Shown here: one piece after another, positions 63,244 to 64,000 of the stretch | Numbering within the stretch: the stretch's first letter is position 1 | Layout: every line of letters begins with the position of its first letter | Source: Macrostomum lignano | Lineage: Eukaryota | Assembly (NCBI GenBank): GCA_002269645.1 | Contig: NIVC01002180.1 | Coordinates: 24,451-88,450 of the forward strand | DNA length: 64,000 nucleotides | Direction of reading: 5' to 3' | Notes under the pieces: generated by a model | Told to the model about the DNA's origin: nothing | The model's database searches: none | The model's input: only the letters and a program-made list of their open reading frames with translations | Position numbers and translations under genes: made by a program

Positions 63244-64000
63244 CAAGAGTCTGAAACAATTGTATTTTAAATGTAATAACCGATATGCTAGAAATTAAAT
63301 AAGAAATTTTAGGAATCTGGACTAATTTTCCAGATTAAAGATTAAAAATACGACCAAAAGTTAAAATTGCGACAAATCCTGTGAATTTATCATTAACATT
63401 CAAATAAAAGTCAAGCTGTTTTAACTGTCTACATGTGATAAAAAAATTCATAAAATTCTCAAAATTTAAGCCTCAGATTAAATCAAACCACATACGAGTC
63501 TCTTGATACTATATATTTATTTATAATATACAAATTGCTCTTTTTGCTTAAAATTGTTACACACTCGCTTATTACCATTTAGTATTTATAAAATTTGCTG
63601 CTGCGTTTTGCCATGATTCCCTTATGAAGTCAATTTTAGGAAAATGCAGTGTCCCTTCAACTAAATACACTGAGTTTAATATTGATTTCTTTTTAGGGAA
63701 AACAAAATGCTATTTTAGCTGCTATAATTTGAAACTCTTGCTTATTTCAAATTTTATTTTGAATTAGAAATATTGGTACATTTTTTATTCTGATGGTAAT
63801 GATATCATAAAGCTTCAAAAATAAACTTGTCTAAAAAGAGCACCTAATGATAAATTATTCCAAAATACTTCCAAGCTATATTGCAAATGTTAGCTGTTAG
63901 AAAACTTATACAAATGGACTGTCAAAATTATTTTACTAAGGTGTAGATAAAACGTTTTTCCTTTACATGCAACTGCAAAGAATACCAGGAACGTATTATT

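Overview
This is intron-containing animal genomic DNA with GC-rich exons and AT-rich spacers. Very dense intronic minisatellites and the exon style suggest a free-living flatworm such as Macrostomum, but that is inference only. Seven protein-coding loci were reconstructed by hand across GT-AG introns: an unknown coiled-coil gene (-), CACUL1 (+), engrailed (+), naked cuticle (-), KLHDC3 (-), an orphan 2-TM protein (+) and CFAP44/WDR52 (-; 15 coding exons, with frameshifts at its 5' end). About 23 minisatellite arrays (units 8-49 bp, roughly 17 kb or a quarter of the window) fill most introns. Also present are two copies of a tRNA-headed SINE, two non-autonomous TIR elements and one foldback. 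There is no CRISPR array, rRNA or intact tRNA, and most long ORFs in the supplied track are artefacts of tandem repeats. The most interesting unexplained signals are: (1) otherwise unrelated arrays share a CTGAGGATCT core and the same strand polarity; (2) two arrays appear to be amplified copies of their own exon-intron junction; (3) KLHDC3 has no in-frame ATG before its first Kelch blade and could take its initiator from a trans-spliced leader. Repeat boundaries are approximate, and gene identities rest on remembered family sequences, not on a database search.
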